Of a stretch of DNA of 64,000 bases, positions 46,019-56,015 are shown piece after piece. Below the pieces are notes generated by a model. That model was given only the letters and a program-made list of their open reading frames with translations. It had not been told where the DNA came from and did no database searches. Origin of the DNA: Hyphomicrobiales bacterium. GTDB lineage: Bacteria; Pseudomonadota; Alphaproteobacteria; Rhizobiales; Rhizobiaceae. The stretch lies in assembly GCA_017305835.1 (NCBI GenBank), contig JAFKJY010000042.1, positions 36,110 to 100,109 of the forward strand, given 5' to 3'. The translations under genes and the position numbers were made by a program. Every line of letters starts with the position of its first letter. Positions within the stretch are counted from its first letter, which is position 1.

Positions 46019-46306
46019 GACCCATTTCCGGCGCGGCGGCGGCCACGGCCCCGCCGGCTCGCTTCCCGCGCCCGTCCAGGGCGCATGGGTGGTCAGCCCG
46101 GACATCCGGCTTCGGCGAACACATTGCAGGGTCCGGCAGAGCGGGGAGTAGCCCCTTGCGCATGCGAGAGGTCGAAAACCGCGGCCGGCGTTTCATCTGC
46201 CTCACGCGCCGCACCGTGGCCGCAAGCGGCCACTGGCGCTCCGGCCGGGCGCGCAACGATGCGCGGCCGCCGGTCGGCGTCTCGGCCTTCGGCCGGAGGA
46301 TGCATC
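46019..46306 (+). ncRNA. TR-RT spacer, probable structured 3' part of the DGR RNA
   Basis: 288 nt between TR and RT with hairpins such as GTGGCCG-CAAG-CGGCCAC (46216-46233). Confidence 0.6.
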
Positions 46307-47308
46307 ATGGCCAAGAAGTACCGCAACCTGATCGGCCGTATCGTGGCCGACGACAACATGCTGGCCGCCTACCGGCGCACGGCTGCCGGCCGGCGTCTCT
46401 CGACCGGCTACCTTGAGTTCAAGGAATTCTCGCCGCTCAACCTCGATCGGCTGGCGGCCGACATGGCGAGCGGCGCCTATCGGCCGGGCGCGCAGCGCGA
46501 GTTCATGATCTACGACCCGAAGCTCCGGCTGATCTCGGCGCTTCCCTTCCGCGACAGGGTCGCGCAACATGCGGTCTGCCGCGTCATCGAGCCGATCTTC
46601 GATGCGACGCTGTTGCCACGCAGCTTTGCATGCCGGAAGGGCAAGGGCACGCATGCCGGCGTCGTCGCGCTGCAGGCCGAATTGCGGCGCCTGACGCGCG
46701 ACGGCGCGTCGCTCTATGCGCTGAAGACGGACTTCTCCCGCTACTTCGCCTCGATCGAGCGGCCGGTGCTCTGGCGCATGATCGAGGCCAAGATTTCCTG
46801 CCGCGCGACGCTGCGCGTCATCGAGGCGATGGTTCCGCGCGAGGGCATCGGCCTGCCGATCGGCAACCTCACCTCGCAGATCCTCGCCAACGTCTATTCC
46901 GGCGCCGTCGATCGTCACCTGCAGCAGGGCCTCGGCGAGCGCTGCTGGTATCGCTACATGGACGATCTCGTCGTGCTCGGCCGGTCGGTCGCGCATCTGC
47001 GCGCCGTCCGCGACGAGATCGAGCGGCTGGCCCGCGAAGAGCTCGGCCTCCGCTTCTCGAAATGGTCGGTCCAACCGATCAGCCGCGGCGTCAATTTCCT
47101 CGGCTACCGCATCTGGCCCCGCCACAAGCTGCTGCGCCGTGACAGCGTCGCCCGCGCCAGGCGCAAGATCGCCCGCTACCGCGCCGCCGGCGACACGGCC
47201 CGCCTGGAGCAATTCCTGTCTGCGTGGACAGGCCATGCGTCGTGGGCCGACACGCGCAACCTGCTGGCGAGCCTCGGCGTCGGAGGTCGCGATGGCGCTG
47301 CATCCTGA
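46307..47308 (+). CDS. DGR reverse transcriptase (BPP-1 Brt-like)
   Basis: 333 aa; FRDRVAQHA, ACRKGKGTHAG, KTDFSRYFASI, GLPIGNLTSQ, RYMDD, VNFLGYRI; GGAGG RBS. Confidence 0.96.
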   Translation: MAKKYRNLIGRIVADDNMLAAYRRTAAGRRLSTGYLEFKEFSPLNLDRLAADMASGAYRPGAQREFMIYDPKLRLISALPFRDRVAQHAVCRVIEPIFDATLLPRSFACRKGKGTHAGVVALQAELRRLTRDGASLYALKTDFSRYFASIERPVLWRMIEAKISCRATLRVIEAMVPREGIGLPIGNLTSQILANVYSGAVDRHLQQGLGERCWYRYMDDLVVLGRSVAHLRAVRDEIERLAREELGLRFSKWSVQPISRGVNFLGYRIWPRHKLLRRDSVARARRKIARYRAAGDTARLEQFLSAWTGHASWADTRNLLASLGVGGRDGAAS

Positions 47309-47546
47309 CGGTCTCGCCTACCCGCCGCGCGGCATGTCGCGCGAGGAGGCGGCGCGCTATATCGGCGTCGGCACGACTAAGTTCGACCAGCTCGTCGCCG
47401 ACCGCCGCATGCCGCGCCCGAAGCAGATCGACGGGCGTGTGGTCTGGGACAGGGTCGCGCTCGACGCCTGCTTCGCGGAACTGCCGAGCGAGGCCAGCGT
47501 CAATCGCATCGACGAGTTGCTTGCAAGAGCCGGCCAGCGGAAATAG
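47292..47546 (+). CDS. Excisionase-like (AlpA/MerR-type HTH) protein
   Basis: PRGMSREEAARYIGVGTTKFDQLV...PKQIDGRVVWDR; directly before integrase. Confidence 0.85.
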   Translation: MALHPDGLAYPPRGMSREEAARYIGVGTTKFDQLVADRRMPRPKQIDGRVVWDRVALDACFAELPSEASVNRIDELLARAGQRK

Positions 47547-47555
47547 CGTCCGGCC

Positions 47556-48668
47556 ATGGACGATTATCCCGGCCTCGGCTCCTACCTCGACCGTCACGGC
47601 ACGCGCCGCTGGCGCTATCGCCACAGAGGCAGGACGGTGTCCTTGCCCTGCGGGCCCGGCGAACCCGGCTTCGACGAGGCCTATCAGGCGGCTGTCGAGG
47701 GACGCCCCATCCGCAAGGCCGAGATCACGGTCCATCCTCACGCCGCCGCCCCTCGGTCTCTGGCGGCAGCCTGGAGGCTGGTGCGCCAGTCGGCCGAATG
47801 GCAGGTGCTGGACGATCTGACCAGGGCGAACACCACGCGCGTCGCCGAGCGTTTCCTGCTGTCGCCGGTGATCGAGGGCGAGCCTGATCTCTGGAGCGAC
47901 ATGCCGGTCGCAGACGTCAAGCGGCGGCACATCAAGAAGATCCTCGCCGATCGTGCGGCGACGCCACACGCCGCCAAGAACCTACTGACGCTCATCCGCA
48001 AGCTGATCCTCGCGGCCCTCGACGAGGAGTGGATCGAGGCTGACCCGACCTACCGGGTGAAATGGCGGCCGGCCTACGTCGGATTCCGCGCATGGACGGC
48101 CGACGAGATGGCTGCATTCGAGGCGCGCTGGGCAGTCGGCTCGACCCCGAGGCTCGTCTATGCCCTGGCCCTCTGGCTGGGAAACAGGCGTTCCGACCTG
48201 GTGCGGCTCCGGTGGGACCAGCTGGTCGAGCGAAAGCTTCTCATCGACGGCAAGATCGAGACGCTGCGCGGCTTCCAGATCGTGCAGAAGAAGACGGGCA
48301 AGGTTCTGTTCGTGCCGGAAACCCCGATGCTGGCGGAGGCTCTGGCGGCGACAGTGCGGCGAGGCGAGACAGTCGTCGTGACGGCCTATGGGGAGCCGTT
48401 CACCGCCAAGTCGATTACCGGACGCATGGCCGACTGGACGCACTCGGCCGGCCTGCCGAAGGGCTGCACGCTGCACGGTTTACGCAAGACGCTGGGCAAG
48501 CTCCTGGCCGAGGGCGGCGCATCTACCCGCCAGCTCATGGACGTACTCGGCCACGACGACATGGAGCACGCGGAACTCTACTCGCGCGAAGCGAACCAGG
48601 TCCTCCTCGCCGCCGCCGGCATGGAGCGCGTTGTCACGCTCGTCGGCAAGCGTAAGGTCGCCAGATGA
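47556..48668 (+). CDS. Prophage tyrosine integrase
   Basis: GNRRSDL, HGLRKT, LGH, LYS catalytic residues; 70 bp from attR. Confidence 0.93.
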   Translation: MDDYPGLGSYLDRHGTRRWRYRHRGRTVSLPCGPGEPGFDEAYQAAVEGRPIRKAEITVHPHAAAPRSLAAAWRLVRQSAEWQVLDDLTRANTTRVAERFLLSPVIEGEPDLWSDMPVADVKRRHIKKILADRAATPHAAKNLLTLIRKLILAALDEEWIEADPTYRVKWRPAYVGFRAWTADEMAAFEARWAVGSTPRLVYALALWLGNRRSDLVRLRWDQLVERKLLIDGKIETLRGFQIVQKKTGKVLFVPETPMLAEALAATVRRGETVVVTAYGEPFTAKSITGRMADWTHSAGLPKGCTLHGLRKTLGKLLAEGGASTRQLMDVLGHDDMEHAELYSREANQVLLAAAGMERVVTLVGKRKVAR

Positions 48669-48737
48669 GCGGAAGGAAGCGGGAACGTCGCATGGCGAAC
48701 TTTTCGCCAAAAGATTGATTTTAAAAGCTTCCGGCAG

Positions 48738-48755
48738 TCCCCTTGGGCGTACCAT
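48738..48755 (+). repeat. attR core
   Basis: Exact 18-bp copy of 3004-3021. Confidence 0.92.
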
Positions 48756-48847
48756 CCCCTTCAACGACATGGCCGACCGGCGCCGACGTTAAGCATACGT
48801 GCCCATGCCCTGTTGCGGCACGAGGCGCCGGACCGTAGTCCTCGGCC

Positions 48848-49072
48848 ATGCGTCGCGTGCAACTGTTCCTTGCAGCAAGCCTCGGCTGCTTCATCCTCGC
48901 GGGCGTCATGCTGGTGAGCCCCCATGCCGTCCCGGGTGCGCGCATGGCCGAATGCACGAAGATGCTCGAGGGCTACGACAAAGCCGGCTCCACTCCGCGG
49001 CGGGGCACTCCCGAACGCCAGCGCTACGTCGACTGCTACTACGTCGTTTGCGGCATCCGGCTCGACGGCTAG
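48848..49072 (+). CDS. Small secreted/membrane protein
   Basis: Hydrophobic N-terminus, three Cys in C-terminal part. Confidence 0.45.
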   Translation: MRRVQLFLAASLGCFILAGVMLVSPHAVPGARMAECTKMLEGYDKAGSTPRRGTPERQRYVDCYYVVCGIRLDG

Positions 49073-49136
49073 CCGCGGACGGGAACATTCGCCCGGCCCG
49101 GCCATTCCACTCCCACGCGAACCAATTTCACGGGAG

Positions 49137-49334
49137 ATGAACATGCCAAGCACGAACAGGCGCGAATCCGGCGCCCGCAAGCTGGCGCCGGCGAAGGCGC
49201 CCGATCCGGCGGACGATTTCTCGCAGGACGCCGCGGCCAACAAGCCGCCGAGGTCGGGCATGGGCAATTCCCGGCCGCTCGACGAGACGTCGGAAAAGAC
49301 GCGCCAGTCCGACGGACGGTCCGACCACCGCTAG
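49137..49334 (+). CDS. Small hydrophilic protein
   Basis: GGGAG RBS, 65 aa. Confidence 0.4.
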   Translation: MNMPSTNRRESGARKLAPAKAPDPADDFSQDAAANKPPRSGMGNSRPLDETSEKTRQSDGRSDHR

Positions 49335-49460
49335 GGCCGTTCGCCGGAAGCGGAGCTGCGGCGCCCCGCGATGCGGGGAGCATCGCGCACAGACATCCTC
49401 GGTTGACGCCGGCCCGATACGCTGCCAGTGCGTTCGGTGCGGTCATCGCGAGGAAGCATC

Positions 49461-49856
49461 ATGGAACAATATTATCCCGTCGCCGTCGTCACGCTGCTCT
49501 GCGCGCTGATGATCTTCGGCATGGCGCTCATGGTGGCGCGGACGCATTCCAGGACGGGCATCCTCGCCCCGGCCATGACCGGGCATCCGTCACTCGAGCG
49601 CGCGATCCGGGCGCATTCCAACACACTGGAATGGCTCCCCATCTTCCTGCCCTCGATGTGGCTTTTCGCCATCTACTGGAGCCCGGCATGGGCGGCCGCC
49701 TTCGGCCTGCTGTGGATGGTCGGGCGCATCGCCTATTTCGCCGGCTACGTCACCGAGCCGATGAAGCGCTATCCGGGCTTCTTCATCCAGGCGGTGGCGA
49801 CCTTCGCGCTGCTGCTCGGCGCGCTCGGCCGCATCCTCTGGCTCTGGCTCGCCTGA
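49461..49856 (+). CDS. MAPEG family membrane protein
   Basis: ERAIRAHSNTLE, GRIAYFAGY motifs. Confidence 0.88.
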   Translation: MEQYYPVAVVTLLCALMIFGMALMVARTHSRTGILAPAMTGHPSLERAIRAHSNTLEWLPIFLPSMWLFAIYWSPAWAAAFGLLWMVGRIAYFAGYVTEPMKRYPGFFIQAVATFALLLGALGRILWLWLA

Positions 49857-50006
49857 GCCTCGCCGCGGCTGCATGCCGCGCCTGCAAAGCGCGCCCGTGC
49901 CAACGGTTTCGAGCCTCTGGCACAATCTCCGCCACCGCGGCGCGCTAACCTCGCGGCACGGCATCGCCGCCGGCAGCGCGCGGCGACGCGGAAACAGGAT
50001 GAACCA

Positions 50007-51224
50007 GTGACGGACCGCTCCTCGCAGACGCCCGGCCCCTCCGGCCGCACCTACCTCGCCATCCCCGGCCCCTCGGTCGTGCCCGACCGCGTGCTTTCGG
50101 CCATGCACCGGCCCTCGCCCAACATCTATGCGGGCGAGCTGGTCGACATGATGCCCGCCATGGTCGCCGACCTGAAGCGTGTCGCGCTGTGCTCCGGCCA
50201 TGTCGCTATCTACATCGCCAACGGCCACGGCGCGTGGGAAGCTTCGATCGCCAACATGTTCTCGCGCGGCGACCGCGCGCTGGTGGCGGCGACCGGCCGG
50301 TTCGGCCTGGGCTGGGCCGACGCCGCGGCCCGGATGGGCGTCGACGTCGAGGTGCTCGACTTCGGCAGGAGCGCGCCGGCCGAGCCCGCCCGCATCGCCG
50401 AGGCGCTCGACGCCGACCGCGATCGGCGCATTCGCGCCGTGCTCGTCACCCATGTCGACACCGCCTCCGGCGTGCGCAACGACGTCGCCGCCATCCGCGC
50501 CGCCATCGACGCGGCCGGCCATCCGGCGCTGCTCGCCGTCGACGCCATCGCCTCGCTCGGCTGCGACGAGATGCGGATGGACGAATGGGGCATCGACGTG
50601 CTGGTCGGGGCCAGCCAGAAAGGGCTGATGCTGCCGCCCGGCCTGTCCTTCGTCTGGCTGTCGGACAAGGCGCTGGAGGCCTCGCGCACGGCCGGCCTCG
50701 CCACGCCCTACTGGGACTGGAAGCCGCGCACGGCGGCGGCCGAGTTCTACCAGCTCTTCGGCGGCACCGCCCCGACGCACCACCTCTACGGCCTGCGCAC
50801 CGCCCTCGACATGATCGCCGAGGAGGGACTGGAGCAGGTCTGGGCGCGCCACCGGCGCCTCGCCCGCGCGGTGTGGGCCGCCTTCGACGCCTGGGGCGTC
50901 GAAGGCCATCCGATCGGGCTCAACGTGCGCGACCCCGCCCATCGCGGCCATTCGGTCACCGCCGCGCGCATCGGCGACGGCGGCGGCGGGCGGCTGCGCA
51001 GATGGCTGGAGACGGAGGCCGGCGTGACGCTCGGCATCGGGCTGGGCATGGCGCTGCCGACGGAGCCGGCCTACCAGGACTTCCTGCGGGTCGCGCATAT
51101 GGGCCACGTCAACGCGCACATGACGCTGGGCGTGCTGGCCACGATGGATGCCGGCATGCGGGCGCTCGCCATCCCCCACGGCGAAGGCGCGCTCGCCGCC
51201 GCGGCCGACGCGCTGGCCGGCTGA
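50007..51224 (+). CDS. Class V PLP aminotransferase (serine/alanine-glyoxylate type)
   Basis: IPGPS, THVDTASG, VDAIASLG, GASQKGL, RVAHMG. Confidence 0.92.
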   Translation: MTDRSSQTPGPSGRTYLAIPGPSVVPDRVLSAMHRPSPNIYAGELVDMMPAMVADLKRVALCSGHVAIYIANGHGAWEASIANMFSRGDRALVAATGRFGLGWADAAARMGVDVEVLDFGRSAPAEPARIAEALDADRDRRIRAVLVTHVDTASGVRNDVAAIRAAIDAAGHPALLAVDAIASLGCDEMRMDEWGIDVLVGASQKGLMLPPGLSFVWLSDKALEASRTAGLATPYWDWKPRTAAAEFYQLFGGTAPTHHLYGLRTALDMIAEEGLEQVWARHRRLARAVWAAFDAWGVEGHPIGLNVRDPAHRGHSVTAARIGDGGGGRLRRWLETEAGVTLGIGLGMALPTEPAYQDFLRVAHMGHVNAHMTLGVLATMDAGMRALAIPHGEGALAAAADALAG

Positions 51225-51242
51225 ACGCCGCGTCGCGCGGCT

Positions 51243-52706
51243 TCAGAAATAGGTCTCGATGCGGTCGCCGATCGTCGGCCCCTGCCGCCTGCCCTCGGCC
51301 AGCAGCTTGTCGCGGAGCTGGCGGTAGCCGAGGTCGCCCCTGAACAGGAAGATGCGCCCGCAATGGGCGAGGTCCCTCCGGTGGCTGATCACCTGCTTCG
51401 GCCGCACGGCGTCCGGAACCAGGGCGACCGCCCCGATCGACAGGCACGCGCCCGTCGCGTCGCTGCCGATCGCGGCTTCCAGCTCCCGCTTCAGAGCGGG
51501 AAGGTCGACGGTGGGATGGGTGATCGCGTTGCGCGGAACCCACAGATCGCGCCAGCCATTGCCGAAATTGGGCACGGCGAGGCTGCACCCGAAGGCCAGG
51601 ACGAGGGCCGCGACGGCCTCGGCAGGACCCGCCTCTCCCCGCCGCAGGCGAAACGCCGCGACGATCAGCAGGCCCGACCAGACCACCAGCCACGGGATGC
51701 CGTAATAGGAGTGGAACAGGCCGATACCGTCCTGGACGGCGAGAAGCTGCGCGACGACGAGCGGCAGGATCAGCGCCGGGTAGACGAGGTAGCGCCACGA
51801 GATGGCGCCCAGCACCGCCACGGCCGCGACCGTCAGGTCGATCTTGACGTCCTGCACCAGCCCGCCGAGCCGGACGCCCAGCCACGGCCACGACAGGTGG
51901 TCCCAGCCATGGCCGGAGAAGGTGTTCTGGAAGGTCGGATAGAGGAAGAAGAAGTGCTCCTTGATCCAGAACAGGACGACCGAGACCAGGCCGGCCGCAA
52001 CGGCCCAAGGCAGCTCCGGCGCGCGCAGTGCCGTGCGCCAGTCGAGCGGGGAGCGCATGCGCAGCAGCGCGGCGCCGGCCAGATACAGCGCGACGAAGAA
52101 GCCGGCGTCCTCGCGCACCGTCAGCGCGAGCGCCAGCGGCAGCGCGGCGAGCCGCGGCCGGCCGGCCAGCAGCAGCGCGCCGCCGCCGACGCAGAGCGCC
52201 ATCGTCGCGATCTCGAAATGCGGATAGCTGGCGATGCGCCAGATGAAGTTGCTCCCCGTCGCGATCAGCAGCGCCACGGCCGCGAGCGTGAGCGCGATCC
52301 AGCCCCGGCCGGCGGTCGCCACCGTCAGGTAGAGCGCCAGCGCCAGCAGGCCGAACATCAGCCCCTCGTGCAGCGCGAGGATGCCGAACGGGTCGAACCC
52401 TGTGGCTCGGAGCGGCATGCCGAACAGCGCCAGATAGGGCGCGATGTGCATGTTGTAGTAGCTGAAATCGACGATGCTCTGCGGGTTGGGCAGCGCAAGG
52501 TCGGCCGACCACATCAGGAATGCGAACCAGCCGCTGTCGAGCAGGTAGCCGCCGTTCGAGAAGTGGACGAGGACGAAGCGCCAGTTGAGGAAGGCGAAGG
52601 CCGCGATCAGCAGGCCGGCAAGGATATGGAATGCGATCCGAGCCTGCATCGGCGGCGAGGAGGTCCGCCCGGCCGGCGTCGCGCCGGTCGCACCCTGATA
52701 GTCCAT
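51243..52706 (-). CDS. Polytopic membrane protein (GT-C/DUF2079-like)
   Basis: LDSGWF, PHFEI, LTVREDAG motifs and many TM helices. Confidence 0.5.
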   Translation of the reverse strand: MDYQGATGATPAGRTSSPPMQARIAFHILAGLLIAAFAFLNWRFVLVHFSNGGYLLDSGWFAFLMWSADLALPNPQSIVDFSYYNMHIAPYLALFGMPLRATGFDPFGILALHEGLMFGLLALALYLTVATAGRGWIALTLAAVALLIATGSNFIWRIASYPHFEIATMALCVGGGALLLAGRPRLAALPLALALTVREDAGFFVALYLAGAALLRMRSPLDWRTALRAPELPWAVAAGLVSVVLFWIKEHFFFLYPTFQNTFSGHGWDHLSWPWLGVRLGGLVQDVKIDLTVAAVAVLGAISWRYLVYPALILPLVVAQLLAVQDGIGLFHSYYGIPWLVVWSGLLIVAAFRLRRGEAGPAEAVAALVLAFGCSLAVPNFGNGWRDLWVPRNAITHPTVDLPALKRELEAAIGSDATGACLSIGAVALVPDAVRPKQVISHRRDLAHCGRIFLFRGDLGYRQLRDKLLAEGRRQGPTIGDRIETYF

Positions 52707-52800
52707 CCGCCGGCTTCCCGCTCCGCCTCGCTGCCCGGCACTCTCGCGAGCCGGCGACGGCTTGGCAAGGTTTGTATCGCCGGCTCGCCGCCGCCGCGCC

Positions 52801-54210
52801 TCAGCGCGTGCCCGAGATGTCGCTCTGCCTGAAGTTCCGCCCGCGCGGCGCCGGCGGCGGCGAGGAGTTCTGGATGGCGCCGGCGGCGCCGAGGCCGAGC
52901 GCCAGCCCTTCGAGCACCGATCCGAGGATCTCGACGCCGTCATTGCCGGAGCGCCGGGAGACCTGCGGCTCGCGATAGGGTCCTCCGTCGGCGAGGCTGT
53001 AGCCGTATTCGTGGCCGCAGGTCATGCAGCATCCCTGGCAGCCGTCGACCCAGCCGAGCCCGACGCCCCAGATCTGGCTGTTGTTGTTCTTGCGCGCCGC
53101 GCCGTAGCAGATCTTTTCGCCCGGCTGGCATTCCAGCGCGAATTCCCGCTTCTCGCCGGAGCTCATCACCCAGTGCCGGTTGTTACCCGGCCATCCGAAA
53201 TTCTTTCGGTTGCTGGAATAGAACGCCACGCCGATGTCGAACCTGTCCTTGTTGTTGATGCGCACGATGAGCTGCGTACGCCGCCGCTCCTTGGCCGCTG
53301 CGGCCGCCCGCGCCTCCTCCTGGCGCTGCCGGTAGCCGTCGTCCCGGCTTCCGTATTCGGCCGCGACGCGCTGCTCGTCCGCCCACTCGCTGAGCTCGTC
53401 GCCTTTGGCGAAGCGGTAGCAGTCGGCCGCGCCCTTCTCGTCGCAGGCCTTCTGGATGACTTCCCAGGCGGAGGCTTCCGACTTGTGGCCCCATGCCTGC
53501 TGGCACCACGCCTCGCCGTCGATGATGTAGGCCCCCATCGCCTTGGCGTTGGGCCGGGCTCCGTAGAGACGCTTGTTCCAGCCGTTGCTGCAGGCGTCGT
53601 AGAGGCGCTGGGCGTCGCTCGTCGCGCGCGTCCCCGCGCGCGGCAGCATCATCCGGTAGCTCACGTCGATGTCGTCCTTGGACGTGTCGTACTGGCCGAC
53701 GTCGCCCTTCTTGAACGAGGCGTAGAAGCCTTCCAGCCAGTCGTGCTTGACGGAGCTCGGATATTCGATCGTGAAGAGGATGAAGCGGTCGCAGCAGGTC
53801 GTCATCGCGTAGCTGAGCCGCGTGTACCCGTTGCCCCGGTCGGTCCAGCGGATGAAGGCGGCCCGGTCGTATTTCTCCTTCAACGCGATCTCGAACTCGA
53901 GGTCGTCGCGGAAATGGCCGTCGACGCGGCCGTAGGTGGGGTAGGTCTCGATCTCCTCGAGCAGCTTGGCGCCCGCATCGTCCGGAAAATCCCCGAGCCA
54001 ACGCCAACTGAACTCGATCACCGTCTCGCCGTCGGAGAAATAGACCTGCGCCTCGTCGCGGTCGACATATGCGAACCGGCTCGGAAACTCGAACTTGAGC
54101 ACGAGATTGTCGAAATGCATCGTGCGTTCCTGCGCGCCGGCGACGCCGCCGGCCAGCAGGAGCGCGAGCACCGCGCAGAACACCCGGACCATCGTCCTCC
54201 CCCACGCCAT
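52801..54210 (-). CDS. Secreted multidomain Cys-containing protein
   Basis: Signal peptide ending AGA-Q; Cys-rich C-terminal domains. Confidence 0.6.
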   Translation of the reverse strand: MAWGRTMVRVFCAVLALLLAGGVAGAQERTMHFDNLVLKFEFPSRFAYVDRDEAQVYFSDGETVIEFSWRWLGDFPDDAGAKLLEEIETYPTYGRVDGHFRDDLEFEIALKEKYDRAAFIRWTDRGNGYTRLSYAMTTCCDRFILFTIEYPSSVKHDWLEGFYASFKKGDVGQYDTSKDDIDVSYRMMLPRAGTRATSDAQRLYDACSNGWNKRLYGARPNAKAMGAYIIDGEAWCQQAWGHKSEASAWEVIQKACDEKGAADCYRFAKGDELSEWADEQRVAAEYGSRDDGYRQRQEEARAAAAAKERRRTQLIVRINNKDRFDIGVAFYSSNRKNFGWPGNNRHWVMSSGEKREFALECQPGEKICYGAARKNNNSQIWGVGLGWVDGCQGCCMTCGHEYGYSLADGGPYREPQVSRRSGNDGVEILGSVLEGLALGLGAAGAIQNSSPPPAPRGRNFRQSDISGTR

Positions 54211-54350
54211 ACGTTCCCCAACGGAATGGGGCCATGAATCCGGCGCCGAATCAATAGGCGCGGCCGCCCGCCCCTTGCGGCAGGCCGCGCGCGGTGCCAC
54301 ATGGGCCGCGAGGGGTTTTCGCGCGGGCCCTGTCGGGCTAAGGAACCGGA

Positions 54351-55181
54351 ATGATGATCACCTATGTCGACGCCGACGTCGCGCCGGCCCGCAACACCGG
54401 CCAGATCAGGCTCTACGGGGCCGAGGCCTTCGAGGGCATGCGCAAGGCCTGCAACCTGACCGCGCGCGCGCTCGACGAGCTCGCCGCGATGGTCCGGCCC
54501 GGCGTCGCGACCGACGAGATCGACCGCTTCGTCTTCGAGTTCGGCATGGACCACGGCGCGCTGCCGGCCACGCTCAACTATCGCGGCTACACCAAGTCGT
54601 CCTGCACCTCGATCAACCACGTCGTCTGCCACGGCATCCCCGACGCCAAGCCGCTGCGCGAGGGCGACATCGTCAATGTCGACGTCACCTACATCCTCGA
54701 CGGCTGGCACGGCGATTCCAGCCGCATGTACCCGGTCGGCCAGATCAAGCGGGCCGCCGAGCGGCTGCTCGAGGTGACGCACGAATCCCTGATGCTCGGC
54801 GTCGCGGCGGTGCGGCCCGGCGCCCGCACCGGCGCCATCGGCCACGCCATCCAGGCCTTCGCGGAGGCCCAGCGCTGCTCCGTCGTGCGCGACTTCTGCG
54901 GCCACGGCGTCGGCCGCCTGTTCCACGACGCGCCGAACATCCTGCACTACGGCAACCCGCACGAGGGCATCGAGATGCGGCCCGGCATGATCTTCACCAT
55001 CGAGCCGATGATCAATCTCGGCCGGCCGCACGTGAAGGTGCTCTCCGACGGCTGGACGGCGGTGACGCGCGACCGCTCTCTGTCGGCCCAGTACGAGCAC
55101 ACGGTGGGCGTCACCGAGACCGGCTGCGAGGTCTTCACCCTGTCGCCGGCGGGCCTCGACCGGCCCGGCCTTCCGTCCTAA
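54351..55181 (+). CDS. map: Methionine aminopeptidase type I
   Basis: [43 protein letters not shown]. Confidence 0.97.
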   Translation: MMITYVDADVAPARNTGQIRLYGAEAFEGMRKACNLTARALDELAAMVRPGVATDEIDRFVFEFGMDHGALPATLNYRGYTKSSCTSINHVVCHGIPDAKPLREGDIVNVDVTYILDGWHGDSSRMYPVGQIKRAAERLLEVTHESLMLGVAAVRPGARTGAIGHAIQAFAEAQRCSVVRDFCGHGVGRLFHDAPNILHYGNPHEGIEMRPGMIFTIEPMINLGRPHVKVLSDGWTAVTRDRSLSAQYEHTVGVTETGCEVFTLSPAGLDRPGLPS

Positions 55182-55207
55182 TCTTCGCCTCCACGGGGAG
55201 GCGCGAG

Positions 55208-55825
55208 ATGGCGGACACGGGCGACGAGGACGAGCGCGGCTTCTTCTCCGAGCGTCCCCTGCCCTCGTCCGCGCGGCCCGCGCCCGCCGACAAGCCGCAT
55301 TATCTCGGCCACCGCCAGCGCCTGCGCGACCGTTTCCGCGAGCAGGGCGCGGCGGCGCTGGCCGACTACGAGCTGCTGGAGCTGCTGCTCTTCCGCGCCA
55401 TCCCGCGCGCCGACACCAAGGCGCCCGCCAAGGCTCTGCTCAAGCGGTTCGGCTCGTTCTCGGAGGTGCTCGGCGCGCCGGACCACCTGCTGCGCGAGGT
55501 GCCGGGCGTCGGCGAGGCGGCAGCGCTCGACCTCAAGGTGGTCGCCGCCGCCGCCAGCCGCATGCTGCGGACCGAGCTCGCCGGCCGCCAGGTGCTCGGC
55601 TCGTGGTCGCAGGTCATCGACTATTGCCGCGCCGCCATGGCCTTCGAGCCGCGCGAGCAGTTCCGCATTCTCTTCCTCGACAAGAAGAACCAGTTGATCG
55701 CCGACGAGGTGCAGCAGGAAGGCACCGTCGACCACACGCCCGTCTACCCGCGCGAGATCGTGCGCCGCGCGCTGGAGCTTTCGGCGAGCGCGCTGATCCT
55801 CGTCCACAACCACCCCACTCATTGA
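55208..55825 (+). pseudogene. radC: RadC/JAB-domain gene truncated at HNHP by island insertion
   Basis: [28 protein letters not shown] then TH-stop instead of SGDPxPSxxD. Confidence 0.9.
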
Positions 55826-56015
55826 GGATGATCACGAACGATCCCGCTCAATCACGTTGAAACACTAGGGATTTTGGCACTTTTCTGCGTTGCGTAGTGG
55901 GGGCGGTTATGGCAAATTGGGGGCTGTAAAAGGGGTAGAAAACGGCCTCCCGATCCCACCTAGCGATCCCCGTTTCTCCCTGACCGATCCCAGCTGCGGA
56001 ACAGGAGGAAACACC

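Larger units (their letters stand above)
3004..48755. mobile_element. HK97-like siphoprophage (~45.7 kb) integrated in tRNA-Glu
   Basis: att direct repeats, integrase next to attR, full head/tail/lysis/immunity/replication gene set. Confidence 0.95.

Noticed and set aside
46307-47308. RT as group II intron, retron or Abi RT
   Set aside because: Too short for maturase/endonuclease domains, and flanked by Avd, TR and adenine-mutated VRs diagnostic of a DGR.
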